Source of the DNA: Planctomycetota bacterium
Lineage (GTDB): Bacteria > Planctomycetota > B15-G4 > JADJEK01
DNA: 64,000 nucleotides
Assembly: GCA_016213895.1 (NCBI GenBank)
Contig: JACQZJ010000076.1
Span: 1,291 to 65,290 of the forward strand
Direction: 5' to 3'
Positions 51,191-63,452 of the stretch are shown here, piece after piece. Position numbers and translations under genes: made by a program. Position 1 is the first letter of the stretch, and each line of letters opens with the position of its first letter. The notes below the pieces were generated by a model. That model did no database searches. It was not told where the DNA came from and worked only from the letters and a program-made list of their open reading frames with translations.

Positions 51191-51240
51191 CCGCCGACTG
51201 TACCGCGCCGCGCGGGGCTTCGCAGCTTCTTGGTTGGGAA

Positions 51241-51396
51241 CCGGAGGGGTTGGTCCGTGGAGCGATCGCGGGCGCTTCCCTGGTTCCCGGGGACGGATGC
51301 ACGCCTTCCGGTGCATCGTGCGCGCGACGATCGTCGTGTGGCTTTTCGAGGCGGAGGCGATGCTGGCGATCCAGAGTCGTGAAGGTGCGCCGGGTG
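51241..51396 (+). repeat. Dispersed structured element, copy C
   Basis: Aligns with A and B; stems gatgcac/gtgcatc and cgacg/cgtcg. Confidence 0.75.
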
Positions 51397-51412
51397 CAGT
51401 GTGTTCGGCGCG

Positions 51413-51541
51413 CGCTCCGTGGGCTTGCAGTGCGCGGCCGGCTAGGAGACAATCCAAGGAATGGCGGCGAGGAGACTCGCCACCAGTCCGATCGAGACCA
51501 GGTTCCGCCACTTCAGGGCGGCTGGCGCTGACGCGGAGGGC
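51413..51541 (-). pseudogene. Diverged duplicate relic of the 5' end of the adaptor gene (51060-51188)
   Basis: Ungapped alignment at offset 353; APAALKWRNLVSIGLVA versus APAALRWRILVSIGLAA; a GAG codon has become TAG. Confidence 0.8.
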
Positions 51542-51595
51542 CCGACCGTGCCGCGGCGCGCGCCGGCCCGCGAGAGTGCGAAGGCCCAGCGCACC

Positions 51596-52258
51596 ATGGC
51601 GCAGGACGACAGGCAGCTCGGACCGCCGTCGAGCAGGATCCTCCTGACTCGCGTTCGCGCCGGGGACGACGACGCGTATCGCGAGATGTTCGCGCGGTAC
51701 ACCGAGCGCCTGGAGAAGAGGATGGTCTCGGCGCTCGGGCCCAAGCTGCGCCGCCGCCTGGGGGTCGACGACCTCCTCCAGGACGTGTGGACGCAGTTCA
51801 GCCGGAATGCCGGCCGCCTGGAGTACCGCGGCGGCGGGTCGCTCTACCGCTGGCTGTGCCGCGTGGCGGACAACGTGGTGCGCATGGCCCAGCGCGCGCA
51901 CGTGGTGTCGGATTGCCGCGCCGTGGCGCGCGAGGACACGTTCCAGCCGGCGCCCGGCTCCAGCGGGTTCGAGGCGCGCCTGCCGGCGTCCATCGACCCG
52001 TCGCCGTCGGCCGCGGCCTCGAACACGGAGCGCCTCGAGGCCCTCTCGCGCCTGCTCGGGCGGCTCTCGGACGACCACCGCGGGGTGATCCGGCTGGTCT
52101 ACGTGGAGCGGCGCTCGGTGGCGGATGCTGCCCAGGTCCTGGAACGATCGCCGAACGCCGTCAAGAAGCTGCTCGGCCGCGCCATGGCGCGCTGCGCCGA
52201 GCTCGCGGCCAGCGATTCCTTCGCGGCGTACCGCTCGGATGTCGAGCTGCGCGGGTAG
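51596..52258 (+). CDS. ECF sigma-70 factor
   Basis: DDLLQDVW, LYRWLCRVADN and region 4 LSDDHRGVIRL...AVKKLLGRA. Confidence 0.88.
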   Translation: MAQDDRQLGPPSSRILLTRVRAGDDDAYREMFARYTERLEKRMVSALGPKLRRRLGVDDLLQDVWTQFSRNAGRLEYRGGGSLYRWLCRVADNVVRMAQRAHVVSDCRAVAREDTFQPAPGSSGFEARLPASIDPSPSAAASNTERLEALSRLLGRLSDDHRGVIRLVYVERRSVADAAQVLERSPNAVKKLLGRAMARCAELAASDSFAAYRSDVELRG

Positions 52259-52276
52259 CGCGGGCAGCGCGCGAGC

Positions 52277-55417
<3,141 letters not shown>

Positions 55418-55505
55418 TGCGCGGTGCGGCGGCGACGCGGCATGGCCTGCCGGCCGAGGGGTCGATCGGCCTTTCCCGTCCGACGCTGCGGAGGGCCAAT
55501 CCGGC

Positions 55506-57095
55506 TTACTGGAAGGTGAGCGTCAGTCCGCTGCTGGCCGAGAAGCCGTTGACGGTCAGGGCGTCGGCGACGAAGGCCTGCGTGTGGACGGACTGGCCGG
55601 CGAGACCGGGCGGGACGACCGCGGCGACCGCGGCCTGGCCGCCGGAGTCGGTGAACAGCAGAAGGAGCGGCCCGACGAGCGGCCACACGTTCAGGGTGCA
55701 TGGCCCGGCCGGCACGCTCGCCGGCTGCGCGCCGAAGACCAGGAGCGCCGGGTTGTAGGGCACGCCCTCGTCCAGGAGCAGCGTCACGGCCGCGAAGGCC
55801 TTGAGGTCGCAGGGCGCCTCGATCACGAGCCGCGGCGCCTTGCCGCTCCCACCTGGGCAGCCGGACCCGAAGGGGCTCACGCCGTCGCAGCGGCCGGAGA
55901 TGAGGTCCACGCGCCACTGTTTGTGGTCGGACGTGATGGGCACGCGCCGGAAGTAGTCGCCGAAGCCGTCGCCGTCGACATCCTCGACGCCGGTGACCAT
56001 CCGGCCGGGCGTGCGGGCCAGCAGGTCGAGGCTGCCGCCGCGCCGGATCTCCATGTCATCGGAGACGCCATAGCGGATGTAGTCGGCCACGGCGTCGCCG
56101 TTGATGTTGCCGAGGCCGTCCATGGGGCTGTTGTCGCTGACAGACACCACGGACAGTTCCAGCACCGCGCTGCTTGTTCCATCGAGGAGCGAGATTGCCG
56201 GAGTCGATCCTCCGGCGACGCCCAGCGACCACGCCAGCACGTCGCAGGTACCATCGGCGTTCACGTCGCCTGCAGCTCCGGCCTCCCAACCGAGGAAGTC
56301 CAGATACCCACCGGTCCAGCAGCGCAGAAGCGACGCGTCGAAGCCCGAAAGCTCGTAGACGGCCCCGGCACCCGCCGGCTCGCCCGGGGCCCCCACGACG
56401 AAGTCGGGGCGGCCGTCCTGATTCACGTCCCCGACGGAGTCAGCAGACCGACCGTGGGTGGCCATCCAGACCGTGCCGTGAAGGTCGAACAGGACCGCGC
56501 CGTTCATGCCCGAGAACACCTGCACGCGGCCCGCGTCCATCACGCCCAAGACGTCCGCCGTGGGACTGGCCACGAGCCAGTCGGGAAACCCGTCGAGGTT
56601 CACATCCCCGAGGCCGGTGACGGTTCCACCGAATATGTCGTAGGCGGCGCTTCCGAAGCCGGTCCAGAGCGTGCCGGCGCCGCCGCCCCCTTCGATGCGC
56701 GCCATGCCCGCCCACGTGGCGACCGTACTGTCCTGAGGAGTCCCGATCAGGAGGTCATCGAAGCCGTCCCCGTTCACGTCGCCCACCGCGGAGACCTCGC
56801 CCGTGTGGTCCTCGGCGTTCTGCCCGAAGAACGTGGCAAGAGGACTCGTGCAGGAGATCGTCGAGTACACGAACACGGCTCCGGCATTCGGCGCCACTGT
56901 CGAATCGCGGAGATCCGACAGCGCGAGGTCCGGAAAGCCGTCACCGTTGAAGTCGCCGACTCTGCACAGGCCGTAGCCGAACTCGCTGTCGTTCGTACCA
57001 CCAAGCCAGGAGCAGAGGGTGCCCTGTGCCTCTGCCCTCCCACCGATGAGCCAGGAGATGCACAAGAGAAGGGTCGATGTCAGGCATCTTGTCAT
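55506..57095 (-). CDS. Secreted FG-GAP (integrin alpha-like) repeat protein
   Basis: Repeated GDVNGDGF.D motifs; signal peptide. Confidence 0.85.
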   Translation of the reverse strand: MTRCLTSTLLLCISWLIGGRAEAQGTLCSWLGGTNDSEFGYGLCRVGDFNGDGFPDLALSDLRDSTVAPNAGAVFVYSTISCTSPLATFFGQNAEDHTGEVSAVGDVNGDGFDDLLIGTPQDSTVATWAGMARIEGGGGAGTLWTGFGSAAYDIFGGTVTGLGDVNLDGFPDWLVASPTADVLGVMDAGRVQVFSGMNGAVLFDLHGTVWMATHGRSADSVGDVNQDGRPDFVVGAPGEPAGAGAVYELSGFDASLLRCWTGGYLDFLGWEAGAAGDVNADGTCDVLAWSLGVAGGSTPAISLLDGTSSAVLELSVVSVSDNSPMDGLGNINGDAVADYIRYGVSDDMEIRRGGSLDLLARTPGRMVTGVEDVDGDGFGDYFRRVPITSDHKQWRVDLISGRCDGVSPFGSGCPGGSGKAPRLVIEAPCDLKAFAAVTLLLDEGVPYNPALLVFGAQPASVPAGPCTLNVWPLVGPLLLLFTDSGGQAAVAAVVPPGLAGQSVHTQAFVADALTVNGFSASSGLTLTFQ

Positions 57096-57127
57096 CGCCG
57101 GTTCCTCGCTACGTTCTGATTACCTGA

Positions 57128-57711
57128 TCAGGGCACCAGGAAGGTCGCCACGAACATGTCCTTGGAACCGCCGGAGTTGGCTTGCGCCGCCGGGGTCGGA
57201 ATCGGCAACGACGAGCCGTCCGTGGCGCCGAGGCCGTCCGCTCCTTCCACCCGGATGGAGAGGTCGTTTACCGCGGCCGGGTGGTCCACGAGCAGGTCGT
57301 AGCGCGGCGCGCCGCCTTCGCACGTCAGCCGGACGTCGACGCCCGGAGACGCGTCCGGCCAGGTGAGATGGTCGTAGGCGGGGACCCTCGGCCGCCAGCC
57401 AGAGGGATCGCCGATCAGGAAGTGGAAGAGGCCCTTCTGGTCAGCGGGCGCCCAGATGGCGGAGCGAGGAGTCTCCAGGTGGAAGGCGACCATCTGAGCC
57501 CGAAGGCTCGGGCCAGCGCCGGTGATGGGAATCACCTGGAAGCCGTCGTCGGTCGAGAGCATCTGGAAGCAGCCCGCGCGCGCCCGGAAGCGGGGCGCCT
57601 CCGCGGTCGAGTCGGCGGCGAAGAGCGACGGCACCAGGGAGGCCCGGATGTCCTTCAGCTCGAGCGCGGTGGAAGCGTCAGTCAGCAGAAGAGAAGAGAA
57701 GAGAAGAGCAT
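57128..57711 (-). pseudogene. Remnant of an SBBP (beta-propeller) family surface protein; 5' end out of frame at a (TCTTC)4 tract and apparently internally deleted
   Basis: RBS GAAGGAGG 6 nt before ATG 57711; FLIGDPSGWR..VPAY, PGVDV, RYDLLV, then NSGGSKDMFVA. Confidence 0.6.
57688..57707 (-). repeat. Pentanucleotide SSR (TCTTC)4
   Basis: Read directly as (gaaga)4 on the + strand. Confidence 0.85.
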
Positions 57712-57954
57712 GGAGAGCCTCCTTCGGTGCTACGTGTCCTAATCCAACGTGTTGAGGATACCCGGTTTCCGCGCCGTGGCAACGGGTTTCTCAGGCCGGG
57801 GCCTGTGCCACATCCTGGCGGCGCCGCAACCAAACGCAGCGACTCCCCGGGCGACTGCTTCGGCGCCGCCGCGATGTGAAGATCCTGGCGGCTCGTGGCA
57901 CAGAAGCCCGCGGCCGTTTGTGCGCCGTAGCGGTCTGCCGTAGCATGCCGGCGC

Positions 57955-59694
57955 ATGGAGTTCGCCCGACTCGCGCGCGCGGCGCTCGTGGCCGTGCTGT
58001 TCGTGTGCGCCTGCGAAGCGCTGGCGCGGCGCGCCGGCTTCCTCGATCCCACGGTCATCGACGATCCCTACCTCGGCCTGCCCGGCTCGGGGCCGCTCTA
58101 CCGGCCGGCGCGGGCGCAGGACGGCGCGGCCTGGTTCGAGCGTTCCCCGAACAAGGAGAGCTACCGTCCCGAGCGCTTCCCGCGCGACAAGGACCCGGCC
58201 GAGTACCGCGTGTTCTGCATCGGCGGCTCCTCGGTGCGGTCCATCGCCTTCGTCGAGCCGGACGCCTCCTTTCCGCGCCTGATCGAGATCTACCTCGAGG
58301 CGCTCCTGCCGGGACGGGTGCCGCGCGTGGTGAACGCCGGCGGCGGCGGCGCCGGCTCCATCCAGAACCTCGAGGTGCTGCGCGAGGTCCTCGACCACGA
58401 GCCCGACCTGATCGTGGTCTATCCAGAGGGCGGCGAGAAGAACTACATCCCGCCGTCCCCGCAGGGCGTGCTGGCGCGGCGCGACGACACGAGCGCCCTG
58501 CGCGTCGGCGCGCGCCGCCTGCTCGCCCGCCTGCGCGTCTACCACGCGGTTCGGCTGGCCTTCCAGGGGCTCCTGCCGCGCGCGCGCGGCGGCGACGCAA
58601 GGCTCTCGGCCTTCTCGGCCTTCGCCATGTACGCCACGTCGCGCGCTTTCGCCAAGGACAGTTTCACGCGTCTGTTCGAGCTGAAGGCGGATCGGCCGCC
58701 GGTGCTCATGCGCCACGTCATTCCCGCCGAGGAAGTGGCGCTCGCTCAGGCGCGCCTGCGGAAGAACCTGGCGGCCATGGCCGAGTGCGCCGCGGGGCGC
58801 GGCGTGCCGCTCCTCTTCGTGCAGCCGCAGCGCAACCTGAAGTCGTCCTTCTACCTGCGCTTCCACATCGACCCGGACGAGCTCCGGCCGGACGCGCTCG
58901 AGGAGTGGCGCGCGGCCTACGCCGCGGGCCTCGCGGCCAAGCGTGCCGGGCGCCACGAGCAAGCGCTCGCGCACCTCTCTGCGGTGCGCGCGTGCTACGT
59001 CGAGGATCGGGACGAGATCCTGGCCTTCTACCTGGCCGAGTGCCTGGAGGCGCTGGGGCGGAAGGACGAAGCCCTCGAGGAGTACGCGCGACCCTACCGC
59101 AGGCACCCGCTGCACGACCTCCTGCGCGAGGTCGCGGCCGCGCAGGGCGTCCCGCTGGTCGATCCCTTCCCCGCCCTGGTCGAGGCGGCCGCGGGCGGCG
59201 CGCCCGGTTACGACCTGTTCATCGACTCGTTTCACCCGGCCGCGGAGACGAACCGCATCATCGCGCGCGCCGTGGTCGAGGCGCTCGCGCGTCACGGCCT
59301 GGCGCCAGGACTGGTCCAGCTTGACGGCGCCGCGCTCGCGGCCGCCGAGCGCGCCGTGGCCGAGGTGGTCGCGCGCGCCGCGCCGCCGCCGCATACGCTC
59401 ATGCTGCGCGCCATCCTCGCCCGGGACTTCGCCGAGGCGGCGCGCATCGGCCGAGCCATTCCCGAGGCGCAGCTCGTGGGCGACCCGCGGCGCGGCGTGC
59501 CGGGCGAGATGGTGGTCGAGCCGCTTTACCTCGGGTGGGCGCTCGCGCGCCTGGGCAGGTGGCAGGAGGCGCGCGCGCTGCACGCGCAGCTTTCCGCCAC
59601 CTGGGGCCGGCGCGGCGCGCGCCTGCCGCCCCTCGACACGGACGAGGCCATGATCCGGAACGTCTTCTCCGGCGACGTGTTCGCCTGGTTCTGA
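57955..59694 (+). CDS. Membrane-anchored SGNH-fold protein with TPR insertion (DltD/AlgJ-like role inferred)
   Basis: IGGSS, VNAGGGG and DSFHP (DxxH); TPR-like helices. Confidence 0.75.
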   Translation: MEFARLARAALVAVLFVCACEALARRAGFLDPTVIDDPYLGLPGSGPLYRPARAQDGAAWFERSPNKESYRPERFPRDKDPAEYRVFCIGGSSVRSIAFVEPDASFPRLIEIYLEALLPGRVPRVVNAGGGGAGSIQNLEVLREVLDHEPDLIVVYPEGGEKNYIPPSPQGVLARRDDTSALRVGARRLLARLRVYHAVRLAFQGLLPRARGGDARLSAFSAFAMYATSRAFAKDSFTRLFELKADRPPVLMRHVIPAEEVALAQARLRKNLAAMAECAAGRGVPLLFVQPQRNLKSSFYLRFHIDPDELRPDALEEWRAAYAAGLAAKRAGRHEQALAHLSAVRACYVEDRDEILAFYLAECLEALGRKDEALEEYARPYRRHPLHDLLREVAAAQGVPLVDPFPALVEAAAGGAPGYDLFIDSFHPAAETNRIIARAVVEALARHGLAPGLVQLDGAALAAAERAVAEVVARAAPPPHTLMLRAILARDFAEAARIGRAIPEAQLVGDPRRGVPGEMVVEPLYLGWALARLGRWQEARALHAQLSATWGRRGARLPPLDTDEAMIRNVFSGDVFAWF

Positions 59695-59697
59695 ACC

Positions 59698-59859
59698 ATG
59701 CGTGAGTCACAGCGAGTCGTTCGGCGCGCGCGCCGGCTGCTCGGCCTGGCCTGGAGCGAACTGCTCGTTCCCGTGCTGGTCGCGGCCGGGCTCTTCTTCA
59801 TCGCCGTGGCCCTGATCGAGGGCTCGCCGCTTGAGCCGTTCCTGTACGCGGTGTTCTGA
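59698..59859 (+). CDS. 53-aa single-TM protein with C-terminal PFLYAVF motif (DltX/DUF5989-like)
   Basis: Hand-translated MRESQRVVRRARRLLGLAWSELLVPVLVAAGLFFIAVALIEGSPLEPFLYAVF; starts 3 nt after the SGNH stop. Confidence 0.75.
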   Translation: MRESQRVVRRARRLLGLAWSELLVPVLVAAGLFFIAVALIEGSPLEPFLYAVF

Positions 59860-59888
59860 GCGCGGCGCGTCCTTGCGCGGGCGCCGGG

Positions 59889-61088
59889 CTACCCCGCGCC
59901 GAACAGCGCCGCGAAGTAGGCGAGAGCCGGCTCCAGGCGGCTCGGGTCGATCGCGACCAGCACCCAGGTCAGGCACACGAAGTGGAAGGTGAGGAGGACG
60001 CAGAGGACGCGGTAGAGACGCGAAGCGGCGAGCCGCTTCTTCAGGCGGAAGCGCCGCCGCAGCCACTGCGTCCAGGCTTGGTGCAGGGAGAGGCCGGCGC
60101 CGTGCAGGAAGCCCCACGCGATCCAGCCGGCGTTCGGCCCGTGCCACAGGCCGCAGAGCGTCATGGACACGAGGGCGGCGAGATGCGGCCGCAGGCGCGA
60201 GGCCGAGCGGCCAGAGAGCGGCAGGAACAAGTAGTCGCGGATCCAGAAGGAGAGCGACAGGTGCCAGCCGCGCCAGAACTCGGCGATGCTGCCGCGCAGA
60301 TAGGGATTGTCGAAGTTCTCCGCCAGGCGGATGCCGAGCAGGCGCGCCGCGCCGATCGCCAGGTCGCTGTAGCCCGCGAAGTCGAAGTAGGCGAAGAGGG
60401 CCACGGCGTAGAGCGCGCTCCAGGCGCGCCACCAGGGTGGGCCGGGCGCATCGGGCGCGAAGGAGAGGATGGGCGCGGCCCACTGCAGCAAGATCGAGCC
60501 GAGCACCACGCGCTTCAGCAGGCCGAAGAAGATCCGCTTCACGCCTTCCCCGACGTCGGCGAGATCGGGCCGGCCGAGACGGTCGAAGGTCTCCTTGAAG
60601 TGATCGGCGCGCTCGATGGGGCCGGCGATGAGCGCCGGGAAGAACGAGTTGTAGGCCAGGAAGTCGAGGAGGCCGAAATGCAGCGTTCCTTGGCGGCGCG
60701 CGTCCAGCACGAAGTGCAGCGCGCGCAGCGTGTAGTAGGACGCGCCGATGAAGAGCACGAGGCGCGATCCAGCCAAGTTGCTGGCGCTGGCGCCGGCGCT
60801 CGCCGCGGCGAGGAACGGGAGCTTGGGCAGGAAGAGGAAGGCGAGCAGCGGAGCCGCGGCCAGCCAGAGGAGGGCCCGCGGCGCCCCGCGCGCCGCGACG
60901 CGCGCCGCGGCGAAGGCCAGGCAGGACGCCGCCAGGAAGAGCAGCGGGGCGAGCGGATGGAACAGGTAGAGGAAGGCGGCGTTGAACAGGAGCAGCAGGC
61001 CGCGCTTCGCCCTTCCGGGGAGCGGCAAGAGCAGCGCCCCGGCCGCGGCCGCCAGGAACAGGAGCGCGCCGCTGCTGATCACGTCCAC
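59889..61088 (-). CDS. MBOAT family O-acyltransferase (AlgI/DltB-like)
   Basis: Motifs AGPIER, DFAGYSD, NFDNPY, FWRGWHLSLS and GLWHG. Confidence 0.92.
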   Translation of the reverse strand: MDVISSGALLFLAAAAGALLLPLPGRAKRGLLLLFNAAFLYLFHPLAPLLFLAASCLAFAAARVAARGAPRALLWLAAAPLLAFLFLPKLPFLAAASAGASASNLAGSRLVLFIGASYYTLRALHFVLDARRQGTLHFGLLDFLAYNSFFPALIAGPIERADHFKETFDRLGRPDLADVGEGVKRIFFGLLKRVVLGSILLQWAAPILSFAPDAPGPPWWRAWSALYAVALFAYFDFAGYSDLAIGAARLLGIRLAENFDNPYLRGSIAEFWRGWHLSLSFWIRDYLFLPLSGRSASRLRPHLAALVSMTLCGLWHGPNAGWIAWGFLHGAGLSLHQAWTQWLRRRFRLKKRLAASRLYRVLCVLLTFHFVCLTWVLVAIDPSRLEPALAYFAALFGAG

Positions 61089-61094
61089 GGGCGG

Positions 61095-61349
61095 TCACCG
61101 GCGCGCGGCGATGTAGCGCACGATCTTGTCGATGGACTCGAAGCGCTCGACCGAGGCGTCGCCGTCCGGCACCCTGACGCCGTACGCGCGCTCGATCAGG
61201 AGCAGGAGCTCGGCCAGGCCGAAGGAGTCGAGGATGCCCTCTTCCGCGAGCGACTGGGAATCGGCGGGCAGGAGCGCGGGATCGCCGCCGATCTTGGCCA
61301 GGAAGTGGGCGCGCAGCGGAGCGCGGTCGACGGCGGCGGCGTCACTCAT
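61095..61349 (-). CDS. Acyl carrier protein (DltC-like)
   Basis: GILDSFGLAELL...FESIDKI. Confidence 0.85.
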   Translation of the reverse strand: MSDAAAVDRAPLRAHFLAKIGGDPALLPADSQSLAEEGILDSFGLAELLLLIERAYGVRVPDGDASVERFESIDKIVRYIAARR

Positions 61350-63051
61350 GGTCCGTTCCGGCACTTCTCTTCCGCGGCTCGATCTCGTGCAGGCGGCGCA
61401 GGTTGGGGATGCGGGCGATCTTACCGCTGGAGGTCTTGTAGAGCCACTTGTGCGGCGCGACGAACACGCGCTCGCAGCGCGCGTTCAGGCGCTGGAAAAC
61501 CTGGCGCCTGACGAAGCGCACGATGTCCGCGTGCACCGCGGGGTCCTCGGATTTCGACTCGGCGATCACGATCAGCTTCTGCGTGCCCGTTTCCTCGTCC
61601 GCCACGCCGATGGCGGCCACGCGGCCGGCGACCACGGCCGGGTGCTCGGCGGCCAGATACTCGACGTCCTGCGGGTAGATGTTGTCGCCGCCGATGATGA
61701 TCAGGTCGCTCTTGCGGCCGGTGACGTAGAGGATGCCGCCGGCGCGATAGCCGAGGTCGCCGCTGAAGTACCAGCCGTCCGCCACGCGCTCGGCCGTCGC
61801 CTCCGGGTTGTTGTGGTAGCCGTGGAACAGGCACGCCGAGCGGATGGCGATCTCGCCCACGCGCCGCTCGGGCAGCTCCTGGCGGCTGTCGTCCACGATC
61901 TTGAAGGCCGTGCCGGCGAATCCGCGGCCCACGCCCAGCAGGCGCAGGGCGCGCGGGTGCTCCGGGGGCACGGGCGCGGCCTCGTGCCTCTCCTGCAGAG
62001 CGAGGCGGTCGATGCAGTCCACCTGGATCGGCTCGCGATGGCCGGCGCCGATGACCGAGTTCACCACCTCGGCCATGCCGTAGACGATGCCGAGCGCCTC
62101 GCGGCGGAAGCCGGCGCCGGCGAAGCGCGCCGCGAACATCTCATGGCTGTCGTGGAGGCACGGCTCGGCGCCGTTGCCGCACAAGCGCAGAGAGGAGAGG
62201 TCGATGCCCGCGAGCTCCTCCTCGCGCACGCGCTTGGTCATGAAGTTGAAGGCGAAGTTCGGCTGCCAGTAGACCGTCGCGCGGAAGCGCGTGATCGCCT
62301 CGAGCGCGATCGCCGGCCGGGCCACCCAGTGGACGGGCGAGATGAGCACGAACTCGGCGCCGAGCACGAGCGGGTGGATGGCGGCGCACACGAGGCCCCA
62401 GTCGTGATAGAGCGGCACCCAGGTGACGAAGACGTCGCGCGCGTCCATCTCGAAGAAGCCGCCCACGCCGGCGCACTCGGCCAGGATCGCTCGGTGCGAG
62501 AGCTCCGCCCCCTTCTGCAGGCCGGTGCTGCCGGACGAGTACTGGATGAGCGCCACGTCTTCCGGCCCGGCGGCATGCGGCTCTCCGGCCGGCGGCGCAT
62601 CCGCGTCCACCTCCTCCATGACGATGAGACGCGGCGCGAGCTCGGCGGCGCCGGCGAGCAGCCCGACCAGCTCCCGCGCCAGCTCCGCGTAGGCGATGAC
62701 CGCGTGCGGCCGCGTGCGCAGCGCCAGCGCGCGCAGGTCCTCGCGGTACTTCTCGGCGTGCAGCTTGCCCGTCGGGAAGGGCAGGAAGGCCGGGATGGCG
62801 CCGAGCCACATGGCGCCGTAGAAGGCCGGGAGCATGTCCGGGTGGTGGCGCAGGATGATGAGCACCACCTGGCCGGGGAGAGTTCCGGCCGCGGCGAGGC
62901 GCGCCGCGTACTGGCGCGTCCGGCGCTCCAGGTCCGCGTAGGTCTGCAGCGCGGGCGGGCCGTCCGGGAAGAGGTAGCGCGCGTGCGTACGTTCTGGCGT
63001 GGCGCGCGCGCGCCGGCAAAGGACGTCTATGATCGTGCGCGGTTCGGTCAT
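61342..63051 (-). CDS. Fatty acyl-AMP ligase (FAAL)-like adenylation enzyme
   Basis: Motifs QYSSGSTG..KG, WVPLYHDWGL, PNFAF, YGMAE, GRKSDLII and KTSSGK. Confidence 0.85.
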   Translation of the reverse strand: MTEPRTIIDVLCRRARATPERTHARYLFPDGPPALQTYADLERRTRQYAARLAAAGTLPGQVVLIILRHHPDMLPAFYGAMWLGAIPAFLPFPTGKLHAEKYREDLRALALRTRPHAVIAYAELARELVGLLAGAAELAPRLIVMEEVDADAPPAGEPHAAGPEDVALIQYSSGSTGLQKGAELSHRAILAECAGVGGFFEMDARDVFVTWVPLYHDWGLVCAAIHPLVLGAEFVLISPVHWVARPAIALEAITRFRATVYWQPNFAFNFMTKRVREEELAGIDLSSLRLCGNGAEPCLHDSHEMFAARFAGAGFRREALGIVYGMAEVVNSVIGAGHREPIQVDCIDRLALQERHEAAPVPPEHPRALRLLGVGRGFAGTAFKIVDDSRQELPERRVGEIAIRSACLFHGYHNNPEATAERVADGWYFSGDLGYRAGGILYVTGRKSDLIIIGGDNIYPQDVEYLAAEHPAVVAGRVAAIGVADEETGTQKLIVIAESKSEDPAVHADIVRFVRRQVFQRLNARCERVFVAPHKWLYKTSSGKIARIPNLRRLHEIEPRKRSAGTDHE

Positions 63052-63101
63052 GCGAAACGTCTCGCGGGCCGGGCCATACAGTAGGGCTCGAGGAGGGCCG
63101 C

Positions 63102-63437
63102 ATGTCCGAGTTCCCGGAGTTCATTCGCGACCTGCCGCAGGCTGACGTTCCCATTTCCGGCGTGACCGGCCGCCTGCTGCAGGGCGAGCGGAACCAGGTG
63201 GTCTTCTTCTCCTTTGCGCGGGACGTGGCCGTGCCCGAGCACAGCCACGGCGCGCAGTGGGAGATCGTGGTCGCGGGCGAGGTGCGGCTGACGCTCCAGG
63301 GCGAGGAGCGGACCTACCGCGCGGGAGAGAGCTTCTTCGTGCCCGCGGGGGCGCAGCACAGCGCACAGGTGCGCGCCGGCTTCCGCTCCATCGCCGTCTT
63401 CGATCAGGCGGACCGCTATCGCGCTCTTCCCGCGTGA
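63102..63437 (+). CDS. Cupin domain protein
   Basis: PEHSH..QW and FFVPAG..HSA; RBS aggagg. Confidence 0.85.
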   Translation: MSEFPEFIRDLPQADVPISGVTGRLLQGERNQVVFFSFARDVAVPEHSHGAQWEIVVAGEVRLTLQGEERTYRAGESFFVPAGAQHSAQVRAGFRSIAVFDQADRYRALPA

Positions 63438-63452
63438 CGCGGGCGGCGCCGC

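Noticed and set aside
51060..51541. Diversity-generating retroelement TR/VR pair
   Set aside because: Mismatches are not adenine-specific, the repeat is at a gene 5' end, and no reverse transcriptase is present.
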